NCBI GenBank assembly: GCA_032161105.1
Contig: JAVHTD010000003.1
Length of the DNA stretch: 64,000 nucleotides
Reading direction: 5' to 3' (one strand)
DNA from: Candidatus Thermosaccharophagus tengchongensis
Lineage (GTDB): Bacteria > Armatimonadota > Fervidibacteria > Fervidibacterales > Thermosaccharophagaceae
Shown: piece after piece, positions 37,449 to 48,425 of the stretch
How the letters are laid out: each line of letters opens with the position of its first letter
Numbering within the stretch: the stretch's first letter is position 1
The notes under the pieces: model-generated
Databases searched by the model: none
What the model was told of the DNA's origin: nothing
The model's input: the letters and a program-made list of their open reading frames with translations, nothing else
Translations under genes and position numbers: made by a program

Positions 37449-38456
37449 ATGAGCAACGGCATAGTCAGGATTGGCTTCATCGGATGCGGTGGTATCGCAC
37501 AGCAACATATGAACGCATTGAGCAACATCTCAGAAGCACAGCTCGTCGCATTTTGCGACATTGACATTGAGCGTGCTCGTGCCGCTGCAGAAAAGCACGC
37601 TGGAAAAGCCTTTGACAACGCTGAGGCAATGTTGGAAGAAGTTGAACTTGATGCCGTTTGGGTGTCCCTCCCACCATATGCGCACGGGATAGAGCTCAAG
37701 CTTGTTGAGAAGGACATACCATTCTTCGTTGAGAAGCCAGTTGGGCTTGACATCGGATTGATACGAGAGATCGCTTCCGCCGTTGAGGGTAAGGGTCTGC
37801 TGACAAGCGTCGGTTACATGAATCGCTACAGGCGTGGCGTCAACAGGGCAAGGGAACTCCTTCAAGATGACCAGCCAATACTTGCCCTCGGCGGATGGAT
37901 TGGCGGGACACCGCGCCCTCGTCCCGGAGTGACAATCTGGCGGTGGTGGGTTGAGAAGAGCAAAAGCGGTGGGCAATTCCACGAGCAGGTGACTCATACG
38001 GTTGACCTTGCTCGTTTCCTTTGCGGTGAGGTCGTTGAGGTGCATGCCTTTTCGGCGATGGGGCTGAATAAAGGGGCTCCGGAGAACTACGACATTGAGG
38101 ATGCAAGCGTCGTTAACCTCAAATTCGCCAACGGTGCAGTGGCGAACCTATGGGCATGCTGTGCAGCAAATGCTGGTGGAGGTGGAGTTAGCTTAAGCAT
38201 CTATGCCAATAGGACGACGATACTGTTCACCGGTTGGGAACATAACACACGCATACTGCGTGCCGGTGAGGACACCGTTGAGATTGCCGGTGAGCCCAAC
38301 ATCTTTGAAATTGAGGACAGGGCATTCGTTCAAGCCGTATTAACTGGGGATAGGTCACTCATCAAATCGCCGTATAGCGACGGAGCAAAGACCGCTGAAG
38401 TGACGCTTGCCGCAAACAAGTCAATGGAAACCGGAAAGCCAGTCAGCCTCATCTGA
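37449..38456 (+). CDS. Gfo/Idh/MocA family oxidoreductase
   Basis: GFIGCGGIA Rossmann motif, EKP, GYMNRY, SGG...H. Confidence 0.9.
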   Translation: MSNGIVRIGFIGCGGIAQQHMNALSNISEAQLVAFCDIDIERARAAAEKHAGKAFDNAEAMLEEVELDAVWVSLPPYAHGIELKLVEKDIPFFVEKPVGLDIGLIREIASAVEGKGLLTSVGYMNRYRRGVNRARELLQDDQPILALGGWIGGTPRPRPGVTIWRWWVEKSKSGGQFHEQVTHTVDLARFLCGEVVEVHAFSAMGLNKGAPENYDIEDASVVNLKFANGAVANLWACCAANAGGGGVSLSIYANRTTILFTGWEHNTRILRAGEDTVEIAGEPNIFEIEDRAFVQAVLTGDRSLIKSPYSDGAKTAEVTLAANKSMETGKPVSLI

Positions 38457-38622
38457 AGCTCTAATGGCTGGAGTGCAGCAGGCTTGGTGAAAGTGAGCGG
38501 TTAAATCATGGTGGGTATTAAGCCCGCTGTAAAGGTCAGTTCAATGGGGCATTCGCGATGGATTCCCATCGGTCAAAACGCTGCATAAGCGATGCAAGCC
38601 ACACTTCAAAGCCGGGCGGAGC

Positions 38623-41430
38623 GTGGTGATTGAGATGCTGAAAGGATGGAGACGGTGCATGATGGCGATGTGTGTCATTTATGCGCTTGTGGCTCGCCAA
38701 TCATCCGTTTGCGCGCAGCCAAGGGAGCTAACATTTACCGACATGCTCTGGCGAATTGTTGACCTGAACGGGCTCCCGTTGATTGAGGACGGCGTTCGTT
38801 GCGCTCAGTTTTCAAGCTACGACAGGGCGAGTAAATCGCCGGATGAGCCTGGCTGGGGTGCAAATAGGGATTGGGGCAACTACATCCGAATTGAGCCAAA
38901 CGGCGAGGCGGTGATGGCTGAGATTGAAGGTCCCGGATGCATAGTGCGAATATGGTCGGCTAATCCGCAGGGCAAAATTCGCTTTTACATTGACGGCGCA
39001 GAGCAGCCACTTGAATTTGACTTTCAGGAATTGTTCACCGGCAATGTTGAGCCATTCATAGCGCCACTCTGCGGATACCATGGGCGTGGCGCAAACTGCT
39101 ACCTTCCAATACCGTTTGCGAAATCGTGCAAGGTGACGGCCGACAAACCTCACGGGCAGTATTACCACATCACATATGTGACCTTCCCGAAGGATTGGCG
39201 AGTTGAGCCATTCAAGCTGCCATTGAGCGGGGAGCAAAAGGAGGCATTGCGCAAGGTTACGGACATCCTCAACCGCTCCGGCGAAGACCCAAAGCCAGTT
39301 AAGGGCGCTGTTGAACGCTTCTCAAACAAAGTCACAGTTCCACCGGGGCAGCGCACCACATTAGTAAAGCTATCTGGCACTGGCATCATACGGTCGCTTC
39401 GCCTCAAGGTGCAGTCAACGGAGAGGTGGGCGCTTCGCAAGCTGCTCTTGCTCTGCTACTGGGATGAAGAAACTGAACCAAGCATATGGTGTCCGCTCGG
39501 CGACTTCTTCGGGGCTGGCTTTTACATCACCAAGTATGCGTCACTCCCGATCGGCATTACTGACGACGGCGCATATTGCTTCTTCCCGATGCCCTTCAAG
39601 AGAGGAGCACTCATTGAGATGCTGAACGAGGGGCAGAGGGATGCGGAGATTGAGTTTGCCGTTGAGTGCGAGCGCGGCATTGAGCTCCCGGATAGGATTG
39701 GCTATTTTCACGCCAAGTGGCGCCGTGAGGCTCCATCTAAAACCTTTGATTACCCATTCATCGTGGCGAGGGGCATCGGGAAATATGTCGGCACAGTGCT
39801 CAACATTGACAACCCAGAGCCGGGTTGGTGGGGCGAGGGTGATGAAAAGGTATGGGTGGATGATGAGGCATTCCCATCCACATTCGGCACCGGCAGTGAG
39901 GACTACTTTGGAGATGCATGGGGCTTCAGACCGTTCATTCACCCGTTGCATGGCTGCATACTCCGTGAGCGCCCAGACCATGCCGGAAAGACTTGCGTCT
40001 ACAGGTGGCACATAGCCGATGCGATACCGTTTTACAAATCGCTGCGCTTCACAATTGAGAACTACGGCACCGATAAGGATTACTCAAGCGTTGCCTATTG
40101 GTATCAGGTTGAACCGCATGAGGACTTCTTCAAACCGGAGAGCCTCGCCAATCGTCTGCCATGGGCAAAGCGCATAATCGGTGCAATTGAAATTGAGGAT
40201 GTGAAGGCAGAGCCGAAGGACAAAGTTAAGATAGTGACGGATGAGGACATCCAAGAGGAGCTTTCAGGCGGGAGGGCTCTCCTGTTCACGCCGGAGAAGG
40301 ACGGCGATACGCTGACGCTATCAATCCAGGTCAAGCGCGAGGATGTGTATGAGCTGGTCTTGCATTCCGCGGGTAAGCGTGCGCAGCCAGATTTTGAAGT
40401 GCTTGTTGATGAGAGACCGATGGGCAAGTTTGAATCACCGTTTTCTGAAACAACCGTGCTCCGCATAGGTAGGGTGAGAATGCGCCCAGATGTATCACAT
40501 GTGCAATTGGTCACCCGATTGAAAGATGCGCGCCGACAGCTCCTTCTTGATGCGCTTGAGCTGCGTCAATCACAAAGGGTCCAGAGGGTGATTGAAGCCG
40601 AATCCCTCTCAACCAAGTTTCCCGATGGCATTCAGGTGTCAATTGAGGATGGGCGTATGGACTGGAGCGGTTGGTCACAACTGCGCATTGACGCAACCGG
40701 TGCAAATCAATGGGTTGAATTTAAACTGCCGAAGGAACTCATGGGCAAATTCATGCTCTCGGTGCGCATGACGAACGGACCAACATACGGAACTGCCCAG
40801 TTCAGCATCGGTGGGAAAGCGATAGGCAAGCCGATTAACTGTTACGCTCAGAATGAGCGACTTGGGCAGGAGGTGGTAGTTGGCATTTTAGAGCTCGCCG
40901 GAGACGATGCCAATGTGGTCCGCTGCGAGGTTGTGGGAAAGGATGAGCGCTCTGCTGGTTTCTCAATTGGCATTGACTACATCCGTCTGACGAGGGTGCT
41001 TGTTGAAGGCGCTATTGAAGCGGAGAGGATGAGGGTGGTGAAATTTGAGCGCTGCCATCCGGGAACGCAAAACATGGCGCCATGGGGCGCTGAGAGATGG
41101 AGCAACGAAAATCAACTCTTCTGCCCGGGTGAACTCGGCGCATATGTGATGCTTGAATTTGATGTGGACACCGATGGAGTTTACGAATTGGAAGTCTACT
41201 TCACTAAGGCTCCGGACTATGGCATCGTTGAGGTGCTCATTGATGAGAAGCAAGTGGGCGAGCGCTTTGATGGTTACAGCGCAAAGGTTGAGCCATCGGG
41301 GAAAGTGAGCATGGGCACTCTCAAACTGGGTGCGGGGAAACACACCATCACATTTAGGGTGGTCGGGAAGAACGAGAATTCAACCAACTACTTCATGGGC
41401 ATTGACTGTATAAGGCTCGTGCCGAGGTAG
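38623..41430 (+). CDS. DUF2961 / GH172-like glycoside hydrolase with three C-terminal jelly-roll (CBM-like) repeats
   Basis: Signal peptide; SSYDR, GPGCIVRIWSA, PLGDFFG, PMPF, WWGEGDEK, GTGSEDYFG, YRWH, SVAYWYQ; repeats starting IEIE, IEAE, IEAE. Confidence 0.85.
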   Translation: MVIEMLKGWRRCMMAMCVIYALVARQSSVCAQPRELTFTDMLWRIVDLNGLPLIEDGVRCAQFSSYDRASKSPDEPGWGANRDWGNYIRIEPNGEAVMAEIEGPGCIVRIWSANPQGKIRFYIDGAEQPLEFDFQELFTGNVEPFIAPLCGYHGRGANCYLPIPFAKSCKVTADKPHGQYYHITYVTFPKDWRVEPFKLPLSGEQKEALRKVTDILNRSGEDPKPVKGAVERFSNKVTVPPGQRTTLVKLSGTGIIRSLRLKVQSTERWALRKLLLLCYWDEETEPSIWCPLGDFFGAGFYITKYASLPIGITDDGAYCFFPMPFKRGALIEMLNEGQRDAEIEFAVECERGIELPDRIGYFHAKWRREAPSKTFDYPFIVARGIGKYVGTVLNIDNPEPGWWGEGDEKVWVDDEAFPSTFGTGSEDYFGDAWGFRPFIHPLHGCILRERPDHAGKTCVYRWHIADAIPFYKSLRFTIENYGTDKDYSSVAYWYQVEPHEDFFKPESLANRLPWAKRIIGAIEIEDVKAEPKDKVKIVTDEDIQEELSGGRALLFTPEKDGDTLTLSIQVKREDVYELVLHSAGKRAQPDFEVLVDERPMGKFESPFSETTVLRIGRVRMRPDVSHVQLVTRLKDARRQLLLDALELRQSQRVQRVIEAESLSTKFPDGIQVSIEDGRMDWSGWSQLRIDATGANQWVEFKLPKELMGKFMLSVRMTNGPTYGTAQFSIGGKAIGKPINCYAQNERLGQEVVVGILELAGDDANVVRCEVVGKDERSAGFSIGIDYIRLTRVLVEGAIEAERMRVVKFERCHPGTQNMAPWGAERWSNENQLFCPGELGAYVMLEFDVDTDGVYELEVYFTKAPDYGIVEVLIDEKQVGERFDGYSAKVEPSGKVSMGTLKLGAGKHTITFRVVGKNENSTNYFMGIDCIRLVPR

Positions 41431-41569
41431 CATTAGCAGGCGAGTTACACGGCACTTCAGCCACACTGCCGAAGGCGGCGAACGGCGGCTGCGGTGAGAA
41501 ATTAATCGCCATCGGCGGAGAAAAACTCCGATGCCACATGGAGCAAGTTGGTGAGGTTGGTGGTCATGG

Positions 41570-42571
41570 ATGAGAGCAGCGATTGTTGAGGCGCCTAATC
41601 AGCTCATCATCACTGATATTGAGGAGCCGCAACCGGGCGAGGGTGAAATACTCGTTGAAGTGAGAGCCTGCGGTGTGTGTGGAACTGACTTGCACATTTA
41701 CGATGGTCTATTCCCGGCAAACTATCCGCTCGTGATGGGGCACGAATTTTGTGGCATCGTCGCGGCAGTTGGTGATGGTGTGAGCGGGATTTCGGTTGGC
41801 GAGAGGGTTGCCATCCAACCAAATGTCCCATGTGGCAGTTGTGAGCTGTGCCGATGCGGTCGCCCGAACCTTTGCGAGGGCTTACTCGCTTATGGGGTTC
41901 ACTTGAATGGTGGTTTTGCGCGGATGTGCATCGTGCGCTGCGAGAATGCCTTTCCAATAGGCGATATGCCTTTTGAGGCTGGCGCATTCGTTGAGCCGCT
42001 GGCGTGCTGCCTGCACGGGGTCAACTTGGTGGGTGTTAACGCCGGTGATAGAGCCATAGTTTTCGGTGCCGGTCCGATCGGTCTGCTGCTTGCGCAAATT
42101 TGCAAATTGCGTGGGGCGAGCGAAGTTGTAGTTGTGGACATCGTTGAAGAGAGGCTTCAAGTGGCGAGTTCGCTCGGCTTCGTTGCATTGCTGGGCGATG
42201 AATTGAGCTCCGATGAAGCTGCACATGCACATTCGTATGAGTTGGCAATAGATGCTTCAGGCGCAACTGCAGTCATTGAGCGATTGACGAGGTTCGTCCG
42301 AGACGGTGGCAGAGTGCTCCTATTCGGCGTTGCTCCAATGGATGCTCAAGTTACCATAAGCCCGTTTGAAATCTACAGGCGTGAGTTGACGATTGCCGGC
42401 TCATTCAGCCTTGGCTACGAATTTGATGCCGCCATAAGGTTGCTCAACAGCGGGCAAATCCACTATGACCCGCTGATAACGCATCGCATGCCACTTGATG
42501 GGCTCCGAGAAGCATTGGAATACAAGCGCCGCGGCATCGGGCTGAAAACTATCATCTGCCCGAGCGAATGA
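41570..42571 (+). CDS. Zinc-dependent alcohol/polyol dehydrogenase (MDR family)
   Basis: CGTD, GHEFCG, C..C..C.......C structural zinc site, EPLAC, GAGPIG. Confidence 0.92.
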   Translation: MRAAIVEAPNQLIITDIEEPQPGEGEILVEVRACGVCGTDLHIYDGLFPANYPLVMGHEFCGIVAAVGDGVSGISVGERVAIQPNVPCGSCELCRCGRPNLCEGLLAYGVHLNGGFARMCIVRCENAFPIGDMPFEAGAFVEPLACCLHGVNLVGVNAGDRAIVFGAGPIGLLLAQICKLRGASEVVVVDIVEERLQVASSLGFVALLGDELSSDEAAHAHSYELAIDASGATAVIERLTRFVRDGGRVLLFGVAPMDAQVTISPFEIYRRELTIAGSFSLGYEFDAAIRLLNSGQIHYDPLITHRMPLDGLREALEYKRRGIGLKTIICPSE

Positions 42572-42666
42572 AAGATTGCGCCACCCTTGGCTACCTCGTT
42601 GCAGCTTAACCTATCACAAGCTCTCATATGTCGCCTTCCAACCACCTCGGCTCAAAGGTGATTGAT

Positions 42667-43824
42667 ATGGCGGAGCAACTCACCATCGCAATTATTGGGT
42701 GCGGTGGCATGGCAGATGCGCATCGGCGCGGTTATCAAATGCTCTGGCAAGCTGGCTACAGGGAATTTCGCATCACTGCAACATGCGATGTGGAGGTAGA
42801 GCGAGCTGAAGCGATGGCTGAGAAGGTGGCTGAGTTTCAAGGCGTGCGCCCGAAGGCATACGGCGATGTGGAAAGGATGCTGGCAACCGAGAACGCTCTT
42901 ATGGCTGCCGATATATGCGTGCCGCACAATGAACATCATGTGATCGCCATCGCCTGCTTTGAAGCCGGGTTACATGTCACCGTTGAAAAGCCACTGGCTA
43001 TAACGCTGCGCGCCGGGAGGAAAATGCTTGAGGTGGCGGAGTCAAAGGGGCGTATACTGCAAGTCGCAGAGAACTACAGGAGAACGCCGACACAGCGAGC
43101 CATCAATTGGGCGCTCAAGATGGGCTGGATAGGGAAACCGAGGATGATCTTTTGGGTGGACACATTTGAGCGCCTATGGTATTGGGGTTGGAGGGAGCAT
43201 AAGGAGATAGCTGGTGGCGGTTGGACGCTTGATGGCGGTGTGCACTTTGCCGACTTGATGAGATACCACATTGGTGAAGTGGATGAGGTATTCGCGGTTA
43301 GCGAGACATTCCTTCCAGTGCGATACATGGAGCCGGAAAAGAGGGATAAGCCGGTTGAGATCAGTGTTGAAGATACCACCATGGCTTTGCTGAAGTTCAG
43401 CAACGGAGTGCTCGGACAATGGGTGCTGACAAGCGCGGCGCCGGGGAAAGGATACAACATGCGCGTCGTGTATGGTGAGGAAGGGTGCATTGACCTTCAG
43501 GATGGGTTTTATGGACGCACCACACACGAGCCAATTGACGCACTCGTCAATAGATTCATGGAGAGCATAACTGATGAGGAGCGAGAGAGGCTTTTCCCGA
43601 TGGGCATAACTGACTCTGTGGCGATAGAGTTGCATGAGTTCATTGAGGGCATCCTGCGCGAAAAGCCAATTGAGACCGACGGAATTGAAGGATATAAGTC
43701 GCAAGCTGTGTGCATGGCTGTCTATGAATCGGCATGGTTGAATTCTCCGGTGAAACTTGAAGCAGTCGCAAAGGGTGAAGTTGAGGGCTACCAAGCTGAA
43801 CTGAATAGGCAACTCGGTCTGTAA
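42667..43824 (+). CDS. Gfo/Idh/MocA family oxidoreductase
   Basis: IIGCGGMA, EKPLA, AENYR, GGG..DGGVH motifs. Confidence 0.9.
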   Translation: MAEQLTIAIIGCGGMADAHRRGYQMLWQAGYREFRITATCDVEVERAEAMAEKVAEFQGVRPKAYGDVERMLATENALMAADICVPHNEHHVIAIACFEAGLHVTVEKPLAITLRAGRKMLEVAESKGRILQVAENYRRTPTQRAINWALKMGWIGKPRMIFWVDTFERLWYWGWREHKEIAGGGWTLDGGVHFADLMRYHIGEVDEVFAVSETFLPVRYMEPEKRDKPVEISVEDTTMALLKFSNGVLGQWVLTSAAPGKGYNMRVVYGEEGCIDLQDGFYGRTTHEPIDALVNRFMESITDEERERLFPMGITDSVAIELHEFIEGILREKPIETDGIEGYKSQAVCMAVYESAWLNSPVKLEAVAKGEVEGYQAELNRQLGL

Positions 43825-43974
43825 GTCACGCTGATGCCAACAGGGCTAACATGCTCACAACTCACACTAAAGCGACAAGCAATGGGTGAGCGCGCTATAA
43901 TTGACACGACAATTCGTGATGTGTGCCCAACATCTTCGAAAGGATGAGGCATGTTGTGTGGAGGTGAAATGCGG

Positions 43975-44622
43975 ATGGTGGACTTGAAAGAGCTCGCAGA
44001 TGCTGTGATTAATGGCAACCGAGATAAGGCTGTTCAGCTCACACAGCAGGCATTGAATGAGGGCATTGATGCGGCTCGGATACTTAACGAGGGATTGATC
44101 GCCGGCATGCAGGTTGTCGGCGAGAAGTTCAAGAACAACGAATTTTACATCCCCGAGGTGCTTGTTGCCGCCAGGGCAATGAAAGCAGCAATGGAGGTGC
44201 TTCGCCCAGTCTTGGCTGAGCGACCCGATGTTAAGCCGTTAGCAACTGTTGTAATTGGAACTGTAAGGGGCGACCTACATGACATAGGCAAAAACTTGGT
44301 GGCAATGATGCTTGAGGGAGCCGGATTTAAGGTGATTGACCTTGGGGTTGATACACCGCCAGATAAGTTTGTTGAGGCTGTGAAAGAGCACGGTGCAAAG
44401 ATAGTTGGCATGTCAGCGTTGCTCACCACGACAATGCCAGCGATGAAGGACACGATTGAAGCATTGAAGGCAGCTGGGATAAGGGACGATGTTATTGTCA
44501 TGGTTGGTGGAGCGCCACTCACTCAAGAATACGCTGATTCAATTGGCGCGGATGGTTACGCCCCGGATGCGGCAAGTGCTGTTGATAAGGCAAAAGAGCT
44601 GCTGTCAAAAAGGGTTGCGTAA
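43975..44622 (+). CDS. Corrinoid (cobalamin-binding) protein of a methyltransferase system
   Basis: Cap domain (GM..VG..F....YIPE), GDLHDIGKNLV (DxHxxG), SALLTTT, GGAP, GADGY. SD GGAGGTG. Confidence 0.93.
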   Translation: MVDLKELADAVINGNRDKAVQLTQQALNEGIDAARILNEGLIAGMQVVGEKFKNNEFYIPEVLVAARAMKAAMEVLRPVLAERPDVKPLATVVIGTVRGDLHDIGKNLVAMMLEGAGFKVIDLGVDTPPDKFVEAVKEHGAKIVGMSALLTTTMPAMKDTIEALKAAGIRDDVIVMVGGAPLTQEYADSIGADGYAPDAASAVDKAKELLSKRVA

Positions 44623-44638
44623 GTGAAAGGCACATCTG

Positions 44639-45922
44639 CTATGCCAACCCGAGCCGGCGCAATGCTCGTCTACCAATATCGCGCCTGTAGTGCATCCCAT
44701 CAAACGAGATCCGTGAGACTGCCTCATAAGCCCGCTTTATAGCGGTCGGGAAATCATCCCCAAGCGCCGTCACACCGAGCACCCTGCCGCCATTTGTTAC
44801 GAGCTGCCCATCCCTGATGGCAGTGCCGGCGTGAAATACGATCACATCCTCAAGCGCCTCGGCATCCTCAACGCCGGTGATTACCTTCCCCTTCTCATAC
44901 TTCCCCGGATAACCCCCTGATGCCATGACTACACAGACACAGCAGCGCTGTGATGAGCGCACTTCAACTTCGTTCAAATTGCCCTCCACAACAGCGTTGA
45001 GTATCGGCACGAGGTCACTCTCCATCAACGGCAGAACCGCCTGCGTCTCCGGATCCCCAAATCTGCAGTTATACTCAAGCACCTTTGGACCTTCATCAGT
45101 AAGCATCAGTCCGGCATACAGCACGCCCTTGTAGGGGCGCCTCTCTTCCGCCATTGCTGTCACAGTCGGCTTTATTATCGTCTCAATGATGCGCTCAAAT
45201 AGGGCTTCATCAATCGCTGGCACCGGGCAATAGGCGCCCATGCCGCCAGTGTTTGGTCCTTTGTCGTCATCAAACACCGGCTTGTGATCCTGCGACGGCA
45301 ACATCGGCTTCACAGTTTCGCCATCCGTGAAGACCATGACAGAGGCTTCCTCACCTTCAAGGTAGTCCTCAATGACAATGAGGTCACCGGACGAACCAAA
45401 CTCGCGCTGAACCATAATCCTCTCAACAGCAGTAACTGCCTCATCAATGCTCTTGCATACGATGCTGCCTTTCCCCGCAGCGAGACCACTTGCTTTCACC
45501 ACTATTGGCGCACCATGTGAACGGACATACTTGAGCGCCTCATCTGGGTTGTCAAAGATTTCAAAATGCGCTGTCGGTATCCCATACTTGCGCAGCAGCT
45601 GCTTGCAAAAAGCCTTGCTCGACTCAATCTCAGCTGCGAGCTTATTCGGTCCGAAGATCTTGAGACCGCGCTTTTCAAACTCATCAACAATGCCTTCAGC
45701 AAGGGGCGCCTCCGGTCCAACCACTGTTAAGTCAATTCGCTCAGACTCGGCATAGCTTACAAGTGAGGCAATGTCCTCTGCGCTTATGTCAACGCACTTT
45801 GCAACCTTAGCTATGCCGGCATTCCCCGGGGCACAATGCACCTCCCTCACAAGTTGGCTTTGAGCTATCTTCCAAACGAGCGCGTGCTCTCGCCCGCCAG
45901 AACCAACCACCAACACCTTCAT
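44639..45922 (-). CDS. purD: Phosphoribosylamine--glycine ligase
   Basis: MKVLVVGSGGREHA, VGPE, GLAAGKG, QDHK, GPNTGGMG, RFGDPE, FHAGT, GGRVL. Confidence 0.97.
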   Translation of the reverse strand: MKVLVVGSGGREHALVWKIAQSQLVREVHCAPGNAGIAKVAKCVDISAEDIASLVSYAESERIDLTVVGPEAPLAEGIVDEFEKRGLKIFGPNKLAAEIESSKAFCKQLLRKYGIPTAHFEIFDNPDEALKYVRSHGAPIVVKASGLAAGKGSIVCKSIDEAVTAVERIMVQREFGSSGDLIVIEDYLEGEEASVMVFTDGETVKPMLPSQDHKPVFDDDKGPNTGGMGAYCPVPAIDEALFERIIETIIKPTVTAMAEERRPYKGVLYAGLMLTDEGPKVLEYNCRFGDPETQAVLPLMESDLVPILNAVVEGNLNEVEVRSSQRCCVCVVMASGGYPGKYEKGKVITGVEDAEALEDVIVFHAGTAIRDGQLVTNGGRVLGVTALGDDFPTAIKRAYEAVSRISFDGMHYRRDIGRRALRRLGLA

Positions 45923-45992
45923 GCGTCGCACCTCCCTACGCCGATAAGCTTTTTCTCCACATCGCGCCACGAAGCCAACGGCTTGTCCCAGC

Positions 45993-47090
45993 TCAAAGTG
46001 CACACCCAGCCGCAATTGATGCGATGAAGTCGCCAACTTCGGAGGTGCTCATCCCCATCTTCCCAGCCTCCATTGACTTTATCCTGCCGCTGCTCAGTGC
46101 ACTCACGCATGCTTGCTCAATGCGCTTTGCTGTGTCGTGCTCCCCAAGAAACTCAACGAGCATCTGCATTGCGAGTATGGCTGCAATTGGGTTGGCAACA
46201 TTCTTCCCAGCATACTTTGGTGCTGAGCCATGAATCGGCTCAAACATTGATGTCCGCCCCGGATGTATGTTGCCGGAAGCAGCTATGCCCATACCACCTT
46301 GAATGATTGCTCCCAAGTCGGTTATGATATCGCCGAACATGTTCGTCGTGACGATGACATCAAACCACTCCGGGTTCTTAACCATCCACATGCAGCATGC
46401 ATCAACATAAGCGTGGTCGGTCTCTATGTCGGGATACTCCTTTGCCACCTCCTCAAATGTGCGCTTCCAAAGCTCATGTCCGTAAGTGAGCACATTTGAC
46501 TTGTCAACCATTGTCACCCTCCTTTTCTTGCCACGCTGCCTTGCAAGCTCAAATGCGTATCTTATGCACCTCTCGGTCCCACGCCGTGTATATACAGCGA
46601 CTTGGAAAGCGACCTCATCCTTAGTGCCGCGCTTAAACCAACCACCAATACCGACATACACATCTTCGGTGTTTTCACGCACAACTACGAAGTCAATGTC
46701 TTCGGGGCGTTTGTCCTTAAGTGGCGTCCACACGCCCGGATAGAGTTTCACTGGGCGAAGGTTGATATAAAGGTCAAGCTCAAACCTGAGGCGCAGAAGC
46801 AAACCCCTCTCAAGCACACCCGGGGGCACATCCGGATGACCGATGGCGCCAAAGTAGATGGCGTCAAATTGACGCAGCTCATCAATGGCACTGTCGGGCA
46901 GTATCTCACCGGTGCGAAGGTATCTCTCACCGCCAAAGTCATAATGGAAAAGCTCATACTTCATCCCCGTAGCGGATGCGGCGGCTTCAAGCACTTTCAA
47001 ACCTTCACGCACAACCTCGGGTCCAATGCCATCACCGGGTATGACGGCTATCCTGTGAACCCTCCTCAATGTCTCCACTTTGAAAACCAC
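45993..47090 (-). CDS. leuB: 3-isopropylmalate dehydrogenase (isocitrate/isopropylmalate family)
   Basis: [40 protein letters not shown]. Confidence 0.85.
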   Translation of the reverse strand: MVFKVETLRRVHRIAVIPGDGIGPEVVREGLKVLEAAASATGMKYELFHYDFGGERYLRTGEILPDSAIDELRQFDAIYFGAIGHPDVPPGVLERGLLLRLRFELDLYINLRPVKLYPGVWTPLKDKRPEDIDFVVVRENTEDVYVGIGGWFKRGTKDEVAFQVAVYTRRGTERCIRYAFELARQRGKKRRVTMVDKSNVLTYGHELWKRTFEEVAKEYPDIETDHAYVDACCMWMVKNPEWFDVIVTTNMFGDIITDLGAIIQGGMGIAASGNIHPGRTSMFEPIHGSAPKYAGKNVANPIAAILAMQMLVEFLGEHDTAKRIEQACVSALSSGRIKSMEAGKMGMSTSEVGDFIASIAAGCAL

Positions 47091-47269
47091 CCCGCCACAA
47101 ACCCGAAAATGCTGTAGGCTTCATATGAGTGCGCTTTTAAGCCCCGCAGGTTTCGTGTGCAACACAGTTGCAACAAGAGGAGCGCAACAAAGGGAACACA
47201 CCCCGCACAAATGCAAGATGACTTCCAATTGGTCACAGGCAATGGATGGCAAAGCTTCTGGCAGTATGG

Positions 47270-48364
47270 TCACTCCAACTTGATCAGTTGAAATTCAGCG
47301 CGTATCGTTATGCTCATTGGCACACGCCTCGGAAGCTGCGGTGCATTAATCCCCTCTTCATCCCTTGGAGGCGCATCCTCACTCGGAGCTTCCTCCCTTT
47401 CCTGCCCTTCGTTCTCCTCAACACCCTGAGGCTCATCAACTTGCTCATCGGTTCCCTTCGCCCCTTCACCACCTGTGCCCCTTTCACTTGCACCGCCCAG
47501 CTGCTCACGCTTGGGAGCGTTCAAGTCCGGTCCGATGACAGACGGAACTAAGTCCGGCGGCAACTCTTCAATCGGCACTGACATGCACACTTCAATTTCA
47601 ATTGTCCCAGATGCCTCCTCAACGCATCCGGCGTGACAGTTGAAACTAACCAGCGTTGTGCCTTTGTGGTGGGCTCGAACCCCATACATCGCCCTGAGTT
47701 CAATCGGGATAAACCAATCAAGCGGCAGATCATATTTCGTCTCAAGGTATGCGACTGTCTGACCCACAGGCAAAGCGGCAAGCCTGACAAGCCTTGTGTG
47801 TGTGACAATTGGGTGTCCACCGCCAATGTTGTGCTCAACTTGCCATGCATCCCCAACCCCCACTGGCTTATCCGGCAAACCGACACAGAGTGCCCCGACA
47901 GCTAAGCTCACCAAATCCAAGCCAGCTGCTGCCTCAAAAACATCGCCAGCCGCAAGACCCTTAACAGCGATAACTTGCCCAAGTGGCGTCATCGTGATGC
48001 TGACCGTGTGGTTTGCAACCCTATCTATCTGCCTCCACCCCTGCCCAAAAAGGCGCATAATGCCCCCAACCACATTCACATCCATAACCAACTCTCCGGA
48101 GCGCATCTGGCGCTTAATCGCCGTTTCAATGTCTATGTTCGCGCTGAATTGCAACGGTGTGCGCAAAATCCCAAGTGTCGTTGATGCATCGGCACCGACA
48201 ATCAACTTGTATTTCCTGCGCCCACGGGCATCAACAGCATACCGCATTGTCACCTTATCAACTTTTGCATTTCCCTGCGGCTCACCGATGCAGATGAGCG
48301 GCTCCGTTGGGAACAGCAATAGCGCCGCTACTATGCCAAAGCAAATGGCATCCTTCCGAACCAT
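47270..48364 (-). CDS. Secreted hypothetical protein with an acidic low-complexity insertion
   Basis: Signal-like N-terminus, LPDKPVGVGDAW motif, E/G/P-rich segment near the C-terminus. Fills the gap in a minus-strand gene run. Confidence 0.65.
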   Translation of the reverse strand: MVRKDAICFGIVAALLLFPTEPLICIGEPQGNAKVDKVTMRYAVDARGRRKYKLIVGADASTTLGILRTPLQFSANIDIETAIKRQMRSGELVMDVNVVGGIMRLFGQGWRQIDRVANHTVSITMTPLGQVIAVKGLAAGDVFEAAAGLDLVSLAVGALCVGLPDKPVGVGDAWQVEHNIGGGHPIVTHTRLVRLAALPVGQTVAYLETKYDLPLDWFIPIELRAMYGVRAHHKGTTLVSFNCHAGCVEEASGTIEIEVCMSVPIEELPPDLVPSVIGPDLNAPKREQLGGASERGTGGEGAKGTDEQVDEPQGVEENEGQEREEAPSEDAPPRDEEGINAPQLPRRVPMSITIRAEFQLIKLE

Positions 48365-48425
48365 CTCCTGTTTAAGCCCCCTGTCATCGCGGCATCGTTC
48401 ATCATTTGCACCGTTGCCGACCCAA

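Noticed and set aside
43825..43974. Cobalamin riboswitch upstream of the corrinoid gene
   Set aside because: The region is short and I could not find the B12-box or other conserved elements; only a small hairpin and a TATAAT are present.
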